A DNA stretch of 64,000 nucleotides from a virus (Duplodnaviria > Caudoviricetes): IMG/VR virus record IMGVR_UViG_3300028888_000049; one strand, 5' to 3'. The notes below the pieces were generated by a model, which saw only the letters and a list, made by a program, of their open reading frames with translations, made no database searches and was not told the origin of the DNA. Made by a program: the position numbers and the translations under genes. This document shows, one piece after another, positions 9,063-20,700 of this stretch. The stretch's first letter is position 1; every line of letters begins with the position of its first letter.

Positions 9063-9950
9063 TCATACTGCTATTGGAAAAGTTACTTTAGATCCATGTT
9101 GATAATCATCTAATGAAGCCATTTCAGGCATAAAGTTAAATACAGTAGCATTAGGATCAAGTTTTAATGTTGGTAAGTCATATTGTTCTTCATACCAGTG
9201 TGAGAGATTCTCTTTTACTGTATCAATATGATTATCGTAAATATGACAATTTACCATATGTATTGTTACAAAGCCTGGATTCATATTAACTGTTTGACAC
9301 ATAAGTTTTAAAAACAGTGCACAATACATCATATCTGCAGGTAAACCTAAAATTACGTCTGTACTTCTCATTTCTGCTGTTAAATGTAGTTTATCTCCAG
9401 CATAAGTAAATGTAAATGCCCACATACAAGGAGGTAAAGCTTGAGTTTCTAGATGAGAAGGATCCCAAGCAGATATTATCATACGTCTATCATATGGATT
9501 AGTCTTTAAAGTTTCTACAACATTCTTTAACTGATCAACACCTTGTCCTGTATAATTAGTATCATAATTAATATAATTTGCTCCGAAATGTCTATAATGA
9601 AAGCCATAGACATTTCCGAGATCTCTCTCTTTAATCATACCTTCTTTATCAGAATAGGGTACTTTTGTAGGATTACACCATTGATCCCAATAGTTACACC
9701 CTCTCTCTTGTAAAATATGCTTATCAGTAACACCTTCTAAAAAGCATGATAATTCCGCTTTACATCCTTTAAATGGTAACGGTCTAAAAGTAAGAATAGG
9801 AAAAATGTCATCGGATAGATCAAACTGAAGTTGTTTTGAAACACAAGTTAATACATTGTTACCAGTTCTACAAGGTACTTTCATTCCATTTAATAAAACG
9901 TCTTCTACAAGGTTTAAATATTGGTTATCGTAAGTATTATTCATTTTCAA
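9063..9950 (-). CDS. thyA: Thymidylate synthase
   Basis: CRTG, LGNVYGFHYR, PYDRRMIISAW, ALPPC (catalytic Cys), MRSTDVILGLP, HIYDNH. Confidence 0.95.
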   Translation of the reverse strand: MKMNNTYDNQYLNLVEDVLLNGMKVPCRTGNNVLTCVSKQLQFDLSDDIFPILTFRPLPFKGCKAELSCFLEGVTDKHILQERGCNYWDQWCNPTKVPYSDKEGMIKERDLGNVYGFHYRHFGANYINYDTNYTGQGVDQLKNVVETLKTNPYDRRMIISAWDPSHLETQALPPCMWAFTFTYAGDKLHLTAEMRSTDVILGLPADMMYCALFLKLMCQTVNMNPGFVTIHMVNCHIYDNHIDTVKENLSHWYEEQYDLPTLKLDPNATVFNFMPEMASLDDYQHGSKVTFPIAV

Positions 9951-10122
9951 AAATTCCTTTTATGTATTTATATTTTATAATATCTTGAACTGTTTTTTCT
10001 TCACGATATTTTTCTCTATTTTTAAGAATTTTTTCTCTTACTGATAGATATTCTTCAGAACCATAATCAAAAGGTATCTTTAGTGCTTCTTCTATCTCTT
10101 TTTCTGTATTATCTTTCTCCAT
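9937..10122 (-). CDS. Hypothetical protein
   Basis: 61 aa ORF coupled between neighbours. Confidence 0.5.
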   Translation of the reverse strand: MEKDNTEKEIEEALKIPFDYGSEEYLSVREKILKNREKYREEKTVQDIIKYKYIKGIFENE

Positions 10123-10667
10123 GAGTATTCGTTCTCTCTATCATGTATTAAACTTCCTAATTCATACCATAATTCATAATTCCATTTTAATTCCGGAATA
10201 TGATGTATTAAATTATTATAGCGATGTTCTATCATATGTATTGCTCTGTTTAAAATTCTAATTTTAGTTTTATCAAAGCAACGATATTCTATACTTCCAT
10301 CTATATGATGTGGTGTTAACCAATTATTTATCCAAGTATAACCGTTTTCTATACCAAAGATTTTATAATCAAGATTTTTAATTGTTTTCATACTAAAATG
10401 ACTAAGTTGACAAGTATAATTACAATCTCTTTTTAACTGTTGAATAAATTGTTTCCATTCTTCATCATTTTCACAAATATTTTTACGTTCACTAAAAGTT
10501 TCTTTAGTAGTTACATATTCAGCAAACGTATTTAGTTTATTACTAAGTATTCTCAGATCAATTTCTTCATCTAAGTAAGGAAAATAACAAAGTTCTGACT
10601 TAAAGTCATAAAATCTAATGTCACAATTTCGTATATTTTCTAAAAATCTAGTAAAATCAATTTTCAT
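10092..10667 (-). CDS. Degenerate HNH-like nuclease domain protein
   Basis: RDCNYTCQL ... LTPHHID ... LNRAIHMIEH. Confidence 0.45.
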   Translation of the reverse strand: MKIDFTRFLENIRNCDIRFYDFKSELCYFPYLDEEIDLRILSNKLNTFAEYVTTKETFSERKNICENDEEWKQFIQQLKRDCNYTCQLSHFSMKTIKNLDYKIFGIENGYTWINNWLTPHHIDGSIEYRCFDKTKIRILNRAIHMIEHRYNNLIHHIPELKWNYELWYELGSLIHDRENEYSWRKIIQKKR

Positions 10668-12870
10668 CTTTATTTAACTTCGCATAATATAATTCTTTAA
10701 TGTCAATTATTGATAAAGTTTTTAATTTTTCGATATTCATACTTTTCATGAAGTCAACGACTCTTTTAGCTTTATCATTTAATTGATTTTCTGGAATTTG
10801 TTTTTCATTAGTAATTTTGTCTTTAAGACTACGCATCCATTTCCAAAAACGATAATGTTGAGTTTTATATTTAACCATAAAACCTTTAGTATCTTCAAAT
10901 ACCCAACCTTCATATAGAATTAAACTACCCTGAGTATCAGCTTCTACATTTTTATAAAATTCTTTAAATGAATTAAAGTCTTTAATTACATATGATTTTT
11001 TCTTAACTTTTAAATCATATATATCTGCAAAATGAAGTAATTCATCATAAGGCATACGTTTACCTTCAAAAGTATTTTCTACAATATCTAATAAATATAA
11101 ACCATTTTCTTTATAACGTATAATATGTGGATCTTTATCTTGATTAATAACCTCAAAGATTAAAGTACAATTATTATGCTCTAAAAAATTACTCAATAAG
11201 AATTTTGTTTTATTTGGTAATAAATCCCATTGTTCTCTTAAATAACCTGCAAAAGGTCCTTCATTTGTAGATTTTGAAGCAATAAATAATTCATGATTAC
11301 GTTTATCATAAGAAACTAAACCCAAAAATCCATTTTCTTTTTTATAAGCAGTAACAGGAAAGCTAAGAGTATTTTCAAGATTATTTAGTTGAGTTTCAGG
11401 TCTTTCATTAATTGCAAAAAACTTATTATAAGATCTTGCTACAATCTTATCTGTTTGAGTATCGATAAATAAACCTCTAGCCGTTATAGTCAGATCATTC
11501 CATTTAGAATCTAGAAAAGCATCTCTTGTAAAGTTATAGCTAACGATTCCATTTCGTAATACTTTTTTATTAACAAGTTTAGAAGCATTAAGTTGTTGAA
11601 TAAACTCATTATCTGTTGTATAAGGTGATCGTGTTGTAGCTAATACCGGTCTTTCTTTATGAGTATTATTCTTAATGAGATGAATTATAGGTTCTTCTGT
11701 ATCTTTATTTATTTGAAGAATGCGTAAATTACCACCCCATTCAATTTCATCATTAACATTATATATATTATTTGCAACTTTAGTAGGAAGCATTTGAATA
11801 TTTCTATGACCATGTATTAAAACTACATCATCTGGATAAGATTCTTTCCAAGTATTATATATTTTTACAGTATCTTCATAATTACCAACGCCTTTAATTA
11901 ATTCAGAAGTTTTAATCAAACCGTCTGGTAATTTTGGCATACCACCATGTGAAACAAAATAAGTCTTACCATTATAAATGAAATAAGCCATTTGTGAAAG
12001 TCTATTAACTATATTTTGAATAATGCGCTTATCTAAAGTTTTTAATTGAGGTAATGTATTGTCATTAAATTCTTGTGAATCTCCTTTATCAGTCTCAAGA
12101 TATTTAATGAGATTACGATCATGATTGCCAGTTAACAATAATACATTATTATTTTCTTTAGATTTTTCGAGTAAATCATTTAAAAATGTTAATGTTTCAG
12201 CATTTTGTAGACCTCTATCAATATAATCACCTACAAAAATATAAAATGTATCATTACTAAATGTATGTTTATCAAACCATTCTTGTAAAGGTTCAACACA
12301 TCCATGAATATCACCAAATATTACAATCTCATTCCATTTATTAAAGTCATAACATACGTCATATAAAATCTCATGTACATCATTTGGTTTAATAATTTTA
12401 AAACGAGAAGAAGGAGCTTCACAATTACAATAAGATTCATACATTCTATCAATTACAGAATCTGGTACTGTTTTTAACCATTCACGCTTATGATTTCTAT
12501 CAATAAATACTTGTTTATCAATGATATTATTATCTTTATCACGCATAAAATCAACAATATATGCTCTGTATTTATACTTCTCGGCTAATTCTTTATACGG
12601 CTTAAGTGATTTATTATTACAATGAGTAGCATCAACAAAAACTGTTTCACCAGCTTTCATTTTAGTTTCTAGTAATTCAAAAAGAAACTTCCATACTTGT
12701 TTATCCATAGAAGAAGATATTGTTTTATATCCTTCTACATTATATTCTGGACATTGAAACAAAATACGCAAATCATCTGAACTTAATGTATAATGCTTAT
12801 ATCCATTTTCTTCAATCCAAGTACTTTTACCACAAGCAGGTACACCACGTAAAATAAATAAATTTCTCAT
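10657..12870 (-). CDS. Polynucleotide kinase / metallophosphatase / T4 Rnl1-like RNA ligase fusion (RNA repair)
   Basis: N-terminal P-loop GVPACGKS, central GDIHG/GDYIDRG/GNHD, C-terminal ARGLF..KFF, KENG, EGWV and KYK ligase motifs. Confidence 0.9.
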   Translation of the reverse strand: MRNLFILRGVPACGKSTWIEENGYKHYTLSSDDLRILFQCPEYNVEGYKTISSSMDKQVWKFLFELLETKMKAGETVFVDATHCNNKSLKPYKELAEKYKYRAYIVDFMRDKDNNIIDKQVFIDRNHKREWLKTVPDSVIDRMYESYCNCEAPSSRFKIIKPNDVHEILYDVCYDFNKWNEIVIFGDIHGCVEPLQEWFDKHTFSNDTFYIFVGDYIDRGLQNAETLTFLNDLLEKSKENNNVLLLTGNHDRNLIKYLETDKGDSQEFNDNTLPQLKTLDKRIIQNIVNRLSQMAYFIYNGKTYFVSHGGMPKLPDGLIKTSELIKGVGNYEDTVKIYNTWKESYPDDVVLIHGHRNIQMLPTKVANNIYNVNDEIEWGGNLRILQINKDTEEPIIHLIKNNTHKERPVLATTRSPYTTDNEFIQQLNASKLVNKKVLRNGIVSYNFTRDAFLDSKWNDLTITARGLFIDTQTDKIVARSYNKFFAINERPETQLNNLENTLSFPVTAYKKENGFLGLVSYDKRNHELFIASKSTNEGPFAGYLREQWDLLPNKTKFLLSNFLEHNNCTLIFEVINQDKDPHIIRYKENGLYLLDIVENTFEGKRMPYDELLHFADIYDLKVKKKSYVIKDFNSFKEFYKNVEADTQGSLILYEGWVFEDTKGFMVKYKTQHYRFWKWMRSLKDKITNEKQIPENQLNDKAKRVVDFMKSMNIEKLKTLSIIDIKELYYAKLNKDEN

Positions 12871-12950
12871 ATCTTCTCCTATTATAAAATATAAAAATAT
12901 TATATAATGAGTAATATTTTTGTAAAGCCATAAAGAAGAAATATTAAAAA

Positions 12951-13580
12951 TTAATCTAATTTAAAATATTCTACTACTTCTTTTTCAAGATCTTCCATAG
13001 TACCATTATTAAGAAAGATATGTTCTGGATTATTAACACCTATCCAATCACGCTCTGAAGGATGTACTGATTTTAATTCTTCTGGTAATTCTTCAATTTT
13101 ACCAAGATTATAATTAAAAGCTAAATTCCACCAATCTGGTAATTTACCTCTTTGTACTTCTACAATTCTACCATTAAGACTTCGAATCATATCAATTTCA
13201 TTAGGAAATCTACAGTCAGTTATTACATAATTAGTATCTGGATGATCAACTATCTCTTTTTTAACTGTAATATCCCAAATGTGCTCTAAAAATGTACCTC
13301 TAGTAAGGTCAGTACCAATAGAAGTTAAAGCTTTTCTAGGAGTAAAATCAAAACCAAACTCTTTACTCCAAAATATATCAGGTTGTTCTCTCCATTCTCT
13401 TGATTCAGGAAAACGACCACTTAACATATCTCTATCCCAGCCAAACATAAGAGCTGCAATATCCTTTAATTTATCAGCAAACGCAACAGGTTTAAAAGAA
13501 TTATCGTGTTTACAAATAATATTCGAAATAGTATCTTTTCCGCTGCCTTTTAAACCTGTTATAGCAATGACTTTCTGCAT
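12951..13580 (-). CDS. Deoxynucleoside monophosphate kinase
   Basis: GLKGSGKDT, FADKLK, TPRKAL..IGTD, ITDCRFPNE, HPSE (T4 gp1-like). Confidence 0.9.
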   Translation of the reverse strand: MQKVIAITGLKGSGKDTISNIICKHDNSFKPVAFADKLKDIAALMFGWDRDMLSGRFPESREWREQPDIFWSKEFGFDFTPRKALTSIGTDLTRGTFLEHIWDITVKKEIVDHPDTNYVITDCRFPNEIDMIRSLNGRIVEVQRGKLPDWWNLAFNYNLGKIEELPEELKSVHPSERDWIGVNNPEHIFLNNGTMEDLEKEVVEYFKLD

Positions 13581-13847
13581 TTATAAATCCTCGGCTTTAG
13601 TTGGTTTTGCTACATGAATACTATAACTATTAGAGAAGCTTTGAGTATCTTCTTTATATAAAGCATTTACAAAATCAATAAAAAATTCAGAAGCATCAAA
13701 TCCATATGTGTCATTATCTCTAAGGCGTAATCTTACTTCATTACCGTCTTGCTTAATAACAAGATTAACAACTTGTATTTTTACACCATTAACAATAACA
13801 GGTATAGCTTCTATATTTATAGTTGTACCTTCATTATATGTGATCAT
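13581..13847 (-). CDS. Hypothetical protein
   Basis: 88 aa ORF with GAGGAG RBS. Confidence 0.6.
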   Translation of the reverse strand: MITYNEGTTINIEAIPVIVNGVKIQVVNLVIKQDGNEVRLRLRDNDTYGFDASEFFIDFVNALYKEDTQSFSNSYSIHVAKPTKAEDL

Positions 13848-13952
13848 AACTACAACTCCTCTTTAAAATATATTATATATAAGTATTAGCGTATGTAAAG
13901 CAAAAAGAGAAATAATAACAATTAAGTACTACTTCTCTTCTTCTAATACTAC

Positions 13953-14423
13953 TTAGTTTGTACCTGTAGACCCAAATGCTCCAGATCCTCTAACTGTTTC
14001 AGGTAATGCATCATATTCTTCTGTACTTATCTCTTCTAACTCTTCATCAGAGATCTTTTCCAAAACAAATTGTACAATCTTATCACCAGGTTTAATAATC
14101 GTATACTTACCATTTTCATCTTCAAGATCTTCAGTACCTTCGGCTGCCTTCTGTAGATTAGCATGAATTTCACCTCGATAACATACATCAACTACACATG
14201 CTAAACAACTTAATCCACGCTTTCTACCAATCCCAGATTTGTTTTCAGCTTTAAGCATATAACCATCTGGAACTACAACTTTAATACCTGTGGGAATATT
14301 AACTTGTTGTCCAATATATAACTTTGTTTCTGGAAAGTCGTTTGGTACAAAAACGTCTATTCCAGCATCGAGTCCTCTCCGACCACAAGGTCTAGTTGTA
14401 TCTCTATAAATCGCATATTTCAT
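13953..14423 (-). CDS. dut: Trimeric dUTPase
   Basis: DAGID, KSG, VVD.CYRGEI, GDKIVQ, RGSGAFGSTG. Confidence 0.93.
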   Translation of the reverse strand: MKYAIYRDTTRPCGRRGLDAGIDVFVPNDFPETKLYIGQQVNIPTGIKVVVPDGYMLKAENKSGIGRKRGLSCLACVVDVCYRGEIHANLQKAAEGTEDLEDENGKYTIIKPGDKIVQFVLEKISDEELEEISTEEYDALPETVRGSGAFGSTGTN

Positions 14424-14500
14424 TTTATTTTCCTTTTTAAAAATTAATAACTGTTATATAGAATTTATATTTTTACTCTAATTTTCAAATTATTTTTCTG

Positions 14501-14566
14501 TTAGTATGCAATAATACCTAAAACAGCCATTGCAATCGCTGCAGCTCCGATAAATACAAAGCCCAT
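14501..14566 (-). CDS. 21 aa hydrophobic peptide MGFVFIGAAAIAMAVLGIIAY (below ORF-track cutoff)
   Basis: AGGAG RBS, ATG at 14566, TAA at 14501-14503. Confidence 0.55.
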   Translation of the reverse strand: MGFVFIGAAAIAMAVLGIIAY

Positions 14567-14579
14567 TTTTTATTTCTCC

Positions 14580-14906
14580 TTATTCTGTTATATAGATTAC
14601 TTGGTTAGAATCTTGTGCACATTGTGTTGTGATCATTCCTGTATTTTGATTTACAAAAGTTACACAATGCTGTGGTATATTAGCTCTTTGATTATATGTG
14701 ATATATGTATCTTTTACCAATAATGAACCAATTACAGTACCAGCTACTACTTCTCCAAAAGTATGCCAACCACTATGATGTAAATGATGTCTTACAATTG
14801 GGCGGTGAATATGATGATATGGATGATGATAAAAATGATGTGGTCTAGCTTCGACGTTAAAAGTTAATAATGACACTAAACCTATGATAAACAACAATTT
14901 TTTCAT
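14580..14906 (-). CDS. Exported His-rich protein with Gly-zipper-like segment
   Basis: Signal peptide MKKLLF...VEA, His-rich tract, GEVVAGTVIGSLL. Confidence 0.6.
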   Translation of the reverse strand: MKKLLFIIGLVSLLTFNVEARPHHFYHHPYHHIHRPIVRHHLHHSGWHTFGEVVAGTVIGSLLVKDTYITYNQRANIPQHCVTFVNQNTGMITTQCAQDSNQVIYITE

Positions 14907-14907
14907 T

Positions 14908-15364
14908 TTATAATCCTAACTTTTTTAAAATATTACCAAATACAATAGTACTTACTGTATATTCTTTCTTAGAATTTAATCTAATACTATATCTATATTC
15001 AGTTGATTTATCATCATCTGTTTTTACTAGATATTTCTCCATTCTTTCTATGGAATTAGCATTGATATATAGATCCTCACCATCTAATGTTTTAAATGCT
15101 ATAAAAAGTGGTTTTGTTAAAATAGAATTAGTCATTAGTTTTATCCTCTGCAAAATCAATAATAATGTTATTGTTAACAAATTCATTAAATATTCTTTTA
15201 TATTCATCTTCATTGATATAAAATACTCTATTATCTACAAGACATAATCTGTATTTACCTTTCAATCTTTCATCTAATTCTTCTATTATTTTTTCTATAG
15301 CTACTATCATTTCTTTATTTATAATAGCTTCAGTATTTTCATAATCTCTGATTCTAAAAAACAT
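14908..15364 (-). CDS. Two tandem small paralogues (14908 to ~15135 and 15128-15364), FlbD-like pattern
   Basis: Both have F..hh.....hhIN...I..hEK; true start of the first is probably MTNSIL at ~15135. Confidence 0.4.
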
Positions 15365-15451
15365 ATTAGTATTCCTTTTTTAAATTATATTATATAGAAG
15401 TATTATATTTTATCTAACTTTTATATTATTTTTCCATTGTTAACTAATTGT

Positions 15452-16081
15452 TTAATCTATCCAATCAATTTCTGGTAAGCCATTATAAGTATTATCCCAA
15501 ATAAACCAAGCATAGCAAGTAGCAGATGATCCATTCTTAAATGTTCCTCCATTTTTACCACAAGCTTGTCTATTAACATGTACCCATATATGCTTTAATT
15601 TGCCATTATTAAATAATTCTTTCCTCTTTTTGGTTTCTAGAAATGTCAATTTTAAAAACATAATGCAAATACCATCATTATCTAATAATTCTAATGATTT
15701 TTCAACAAATTCTCGTGAGTAGGCATACGGAGGGTTAGTCATAATACATTTACAATAAGGTTTATATTCTTTTGGTAAATTATCTGGAGTTATTGTAAGA
15801 AAGTTAACGTCACCTTCACCATATCCTCTTCCTATAAGATCAGTAGATAATACGGTATGACCTTCTGTCTCTAATATTTTAGAAATAGCACCATCTCCAG
15901 CAGCACATTCCCAAATTTTATCTGGTAAAACGAAATTACGTTCTTTACATTTCTTTAAAAACAACTGTACTGATTCTGGATGTGTACTATAAAAGTCATT
16001 TGTAGCTACTTCTGACTCTTTGCCTCTGTGATTACAAGCATAAATACTAGAATTTCCAGTCCAATCTTTATTATTAACCAT
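15452..16081 (-). CDS. DNA amino (N6-adenine/N4-cytosine) methyltransferase
   Basis: DFYSTHP, WECAAGDG SAM-binding motif, TNPPY catalytic motif. Confidence 0.88.
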   Translation of the reverse strand: MVNNKDWTGNSSIYACNHRGKESEVATNDFYSTHPESVQLFLKKCKERNFVLPDKIWECAAGDGAISKILETEGHTVLSTDLIGRGYGEGDVNFLTITPDNLPKEYKPYCKCIMTNPPYAYSREFVEKSLELLDNDGICIMFLKLTFLETKKRKELFNNGKLKHIWVHVNRQACGKNGGTFKNGSSATCYAWFIWDNTYNGLPEIDWID

Positions 16082-16090
16082 TTTTAACTC

Positions 16091-16552
16091 CTATTTATAT
16101 TTATTATGATCCCATTTTTCAAAGATAGTAGATAAATCAATATTACTATCTATTTCATTTATAGCAGATTTAGCAATTTTACCATCTAATAATGTTGTAT
16201 GTTCTTCTTTATCACAATCAGCATAAGCCTGTAATGCAATAATGGCTTTTGCTAAACTCCATTCTATATCATTTATTCGATCTACCATCCAATCTTTATA
16301 TTCATTACTCATTTAACTTTCTCCTTCATTATCGTTTTCTTCAGTTGCCATAGTTATACAATCTTTCCAACAATAACCAATAGCAAGTAACATTACTGCT
16401 TTATCCATAAAAATTCTTTTACATTCTTTAGTTTTTACAAAATTATTATCATCTTCTAATTGCTCATAACAACTAGAACAATAAAATTTACCAGAAGTTA
16501 ATTTGTTGTAATGAATACATCTTCTACAGTGTTCTTTATAATTTTCAGACAT
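16091..16552 (-). CDS. Two small hypothetical genes (16091-16312; 16313-16552, Cys-rich)
   Basis: Coupled ORFs. Confidence 0.55.
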
Positions 16553-16569
16553 TATTTTATCCCTTATAG

Positions 16570-17760
16570 CTAAAAAACATCGTTAACGTCTAATATATTA
16601 TCCTTTTGTAATCTTATTAATAATTCGTTTAATCTTAAGTCAACATCTTCATCATATCTTATTTCTATTAACTCAATACTGTGAGACTTACAATATTCTC
16701 TCTTTATTTGATCTCTCTTCTGTGCATTTTCAAAAGCTTTCTGTGCTTTATCAATATTACCTTTATTATATGATATATAAAAATCAAAACCTTCTTTATA
16801 ATGTTGTCTACCTTGAAATTCAATACAAATGTTATAATCAGGCAAATAGAAATCAAAATGTAAAACTCTTTTATTTTTACATTCTTTAAAAGTATACTCA
16901 GCTTTATATTTTATACAATTAGTATCTAAAAATTTTGCTATTTTATCTTCATTATGACTAGAAGTACAAAATGGACATCCTTGTCCTCTAACATGATTTT
17001 GCGGAATTTGTTCGAATATCTTTCCACATTTATTACATTTAATTTTTACAGGTATTCTATTATTTATATATTTTACAAGTGAATAATCATATGTATCACC
17101 ATGTACTTTTTTAGCTTGGTTTAAGAATTTAATATCATTATCTTTAAAATTACCATTGCAATATGAACAACCTTGACCTCTAATATGATTATTTGGTGTT
17201 TGTTCAAATATTCTACCGCATTTATTACATTTTATTTTAACACACTTTTTGGCATCTTTATATTCAACTAAAGAATAATCATATTTATTACCATGAACAG
17301 CTTTAGCTTTTTCTATAAATTCTTCTAATGACAATGTCTTTTGTATAGCTCTTAATTTATATGAACAATCTCTGCAACCACTCCCAAATAGTAATGCATT
17401 TGGTGTACTATAAAAATATTTGTTACAAGTTTTACACCAGATTTTAACTTTAGTCTTATAATTTATATACTTGACTTCAGAATAATCATACTTATCGCCA
17501 TGAATTTGTATTAATCTACTTACAAATTCTTCAGTCGTTAATTTTGAATGTTCATGGCTTTTTTTACAATTACATAAAGTACAACCATGTCCGCATAAAT
17601 GTTTTACAGGTTTCTGATAAAAATATTTATTACAGTTTAAGCATTTAATTTTAATGGGAATATTTATACCTTTATATTCCACTTCTGAATAATCATACTT
17701 GTTACCATGTATCTTTTTAGCTTTTTCAATGAATTCTTCTGTTGTAAGTTTCTTACTCAT
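16570..17760 (-). mobile_element. Free-standing endonuclease: HG.KYDYS/CxxC zinc-finger repeats (DUF723-like) plus C-terminal Vsr/DUF559-like nuclease
   Basis: Four EFIEKAK..HG.KYDYS...CxxC...GCxxC repeats; FDFYLP..NICIEFQG.QHY nuclease core. Confidence 0.85.
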
Positions 17761-17761
17761 T

Positions 17762-20700
17762 TTAGCTCAAATCCTTACCTTCAAATTCATCTTGTTCAAT
17801 CAATTCATCAGCATGCTTTTTAAAGTAATAATACTTTCCTTTAAGTACATATAACTGATTTCTGTCAAGTCTTGTTGGAATTAATAAAATCAACTCTTCA
17901 AATGATACTGTACTCATCAACACCGGACTTAATTTCTGACATGATACAAATCGTGAACCATCACTCCAATCTAACTTCTTAATCTGTTTAATTAAAGCTT
18001 CTCGAGTGACACTCTTTCCACTAAACTTTTTCGGTTCAGCAATCTGTTCTTTCAATCTAGGCATATCTTCTAAGATTTCGTCTAAACTGAATACATATTT
18101 TGGTTCACAGTATAATGTTTGCATTTCACCAGTTTTAGGATTAATTACATCGGGTGTTCTTGTATATCTACCCGGCGTAGATACCTGAGCATCCGCTCCA
18201 ACAAATCCTAATTTATGTTGTAAATAATACCATATATTTTTATATTTATTACTTGGTACTGGCTTATCTATTCTTACAACACAGTGATATGATCTATGAC
18301 CACTCCATACAACTCTATATAATTTATCTTTAACTGGTTCTATTAAGTCTTCTTGCTCTTCTTTACTTAAATAATCACATTCAAATAAGAAGTTTTGACA
18401 TACTACTCCTGAATTAGTAGGATATGGACTTATATGATCTTTTAATGGATTTAACGATTGTAAGAAAGCTGGTTCTTCACTCTTATTATAACCTTCATCA
18501 TAATATGGTCCAAAAATTTCTTCAGCATCTAATAAATTCTTAGCAAAATTAATATATTCTTGTGTATTAATCTCTTCCCAAGTCAAAGAATCCAAATCAT
18601 CAATTAACTTCATATGTTGAGTAAAACCATTAATCTTAGATTCAGAATGTACGATTTCTGTTACTTCATTTCCATTCTCATCTAATACTGGTTTACCTTT
18701 TTCATCTTTAACAACTACCTCTTTAGGATTACGACTTATACTTATAAACTCTTCTGTTTCTGGATCATCGGGATATCCTACGATGAATGCTAATGAACGA
18801 CCTTCTAGCTTAGTCTTAGTCTTGGCATCACAAATCTCTCCTAATCCATGTCGTTTATAAATAACATAATCTCTAGGTAATGTATTCTCTAATAATGGTC
18901 TATGAGTAACTAAATTACATAAAATAGTACTTGTAGCCTTACCATACTTTTCATTTGAAAGATAAAAACCTTTAGACTTAACCTTTCCATTCGAAAATTT
19001 ACAATAATAATTATTCACGTTATTTTGTTGTAATAAGTCTATTTCGTCATATTCTAGTACTAATCTTGTTTCTTTAACCCAGTTTTCAGAGATAGGCATA
19101 AAGTCTACATCAGGTTGTCTTTCGATCATGATACCATCTGTATTTGTTTGTATGATATTAAATCCTGCGTTAAATAGTCTTTTTACGAGAATAAACAGGA
19201 GTAGTTGTCCATGAACGCAGATCGTTGAGTTAGACCATGTATCGTATAGAGGGTTGAATTTAGAGAGCATAGCGCCAATTGCTGAGTTTAATACTAGTTT
19301 AAGACCTAAGTTAAGGAGTGTATTTCCTGTGTGTTTGGCTTCAATTCTAGTATGATAAACTTGTTCGTATGAATCAGGGTGGGCGGCAGCACCTCGTGAC
19401 ATTAGGTTGTATTGTATCAGTAATGAGGGGTAAAGTGATGCAACATCCATATTCACGAGGTTAGTACTGCCATATTTAATAAGAGCTTGGTGTAAACCTC
19501 CAAATCCAAACTGGTATAAGTGTCCTTCGTCGTCTCCACCTAGATGTGTTTCGAATTTTTCTTTAATGTAGTCTGGATTTTGTTGGTTTTTGATATAAAA
19601 GTCTAATACGTCTGTTCCAGCTAATTCTTTATATGCAAGTTCTGGAATTGCGTAGTATTGTTTTTGACCATTTACGATTTTATATGTATTTTTGAGATTT
19701 GGTTTAGCATTTTCACCACATAATACTTTGGCTGCGAATGAAGCTGATTTTGTAATAAGTTGTTTAGCTTGCATTTTATATTCTACGATTAAGTTCCATT
19801 TAATATCGTAAGAATCTCTTGCAAATTCTCTCATTTTATATTTTGGATTTTCAGCTTTTTTCTCAAGATCACCTGGCTCTGGTAAGTATAATGATAAGGT
19901 ATTGTCCACGTCCATTGTACAATATCTTTCTACTTCTTCTCTTTGTTCTTGTGTTAGTGGTGTTTGAATATCGAATGGTACAGCTGAATCGTAGTTCTTT
20001 CTATTAAGTACTGACATAGTAAGTTTCTTAAGTGAGTTTCTACGAATATCAAATGGACCATGTAAAGATATATCCCATGATAAAAAGTTAGGAGGAGTTA
20101 CATCTTCAATGATTTCACCTTTTTCATTATAGTTTATACCATCTTGTGTTCTTACAATAGTCCATTTAGCAGCTAATTCTGGAAATTTATTAGGATTTTG
20201 ATCATAGATTAATGCATCAGAAAATTCTTTGACTGTAGGTGTACCTTGAACTGTATATGGATAGATCATAGCATGTTTAATTACAGCATCATCATATCCG
20301 CTATTATTAAATCCTATTAAGATTTTATTCTTTATCCATTTTCTTAATGTATCACCATCATTCCAACATACTACTTTATTCTTTCTATCTAATGTCATAG
20401 CTACAAATAGCCAATCATATTTGAATACTTCAATATCGTAAATCCATTCATATCTAACACCAGAATTATAATTTTCTCTTTTTATTTGTTTTTCTGATAG
20501 ATTAGATCTAATATATGGAATGTATGCATTATGATACCATTTAGAATACCATTCAGAAGATTCTCCATTTGGATGTTTTTCATCTCCATAGAAAGTCCAG
20601 CTTTTACGATCTCTATCTATATGATTAGCTTCATCTTCAGTAATTGTTTTAATTGGTATAATTTTTCCTGTACTATCTCTAAATTTAAATGTATTAATAA

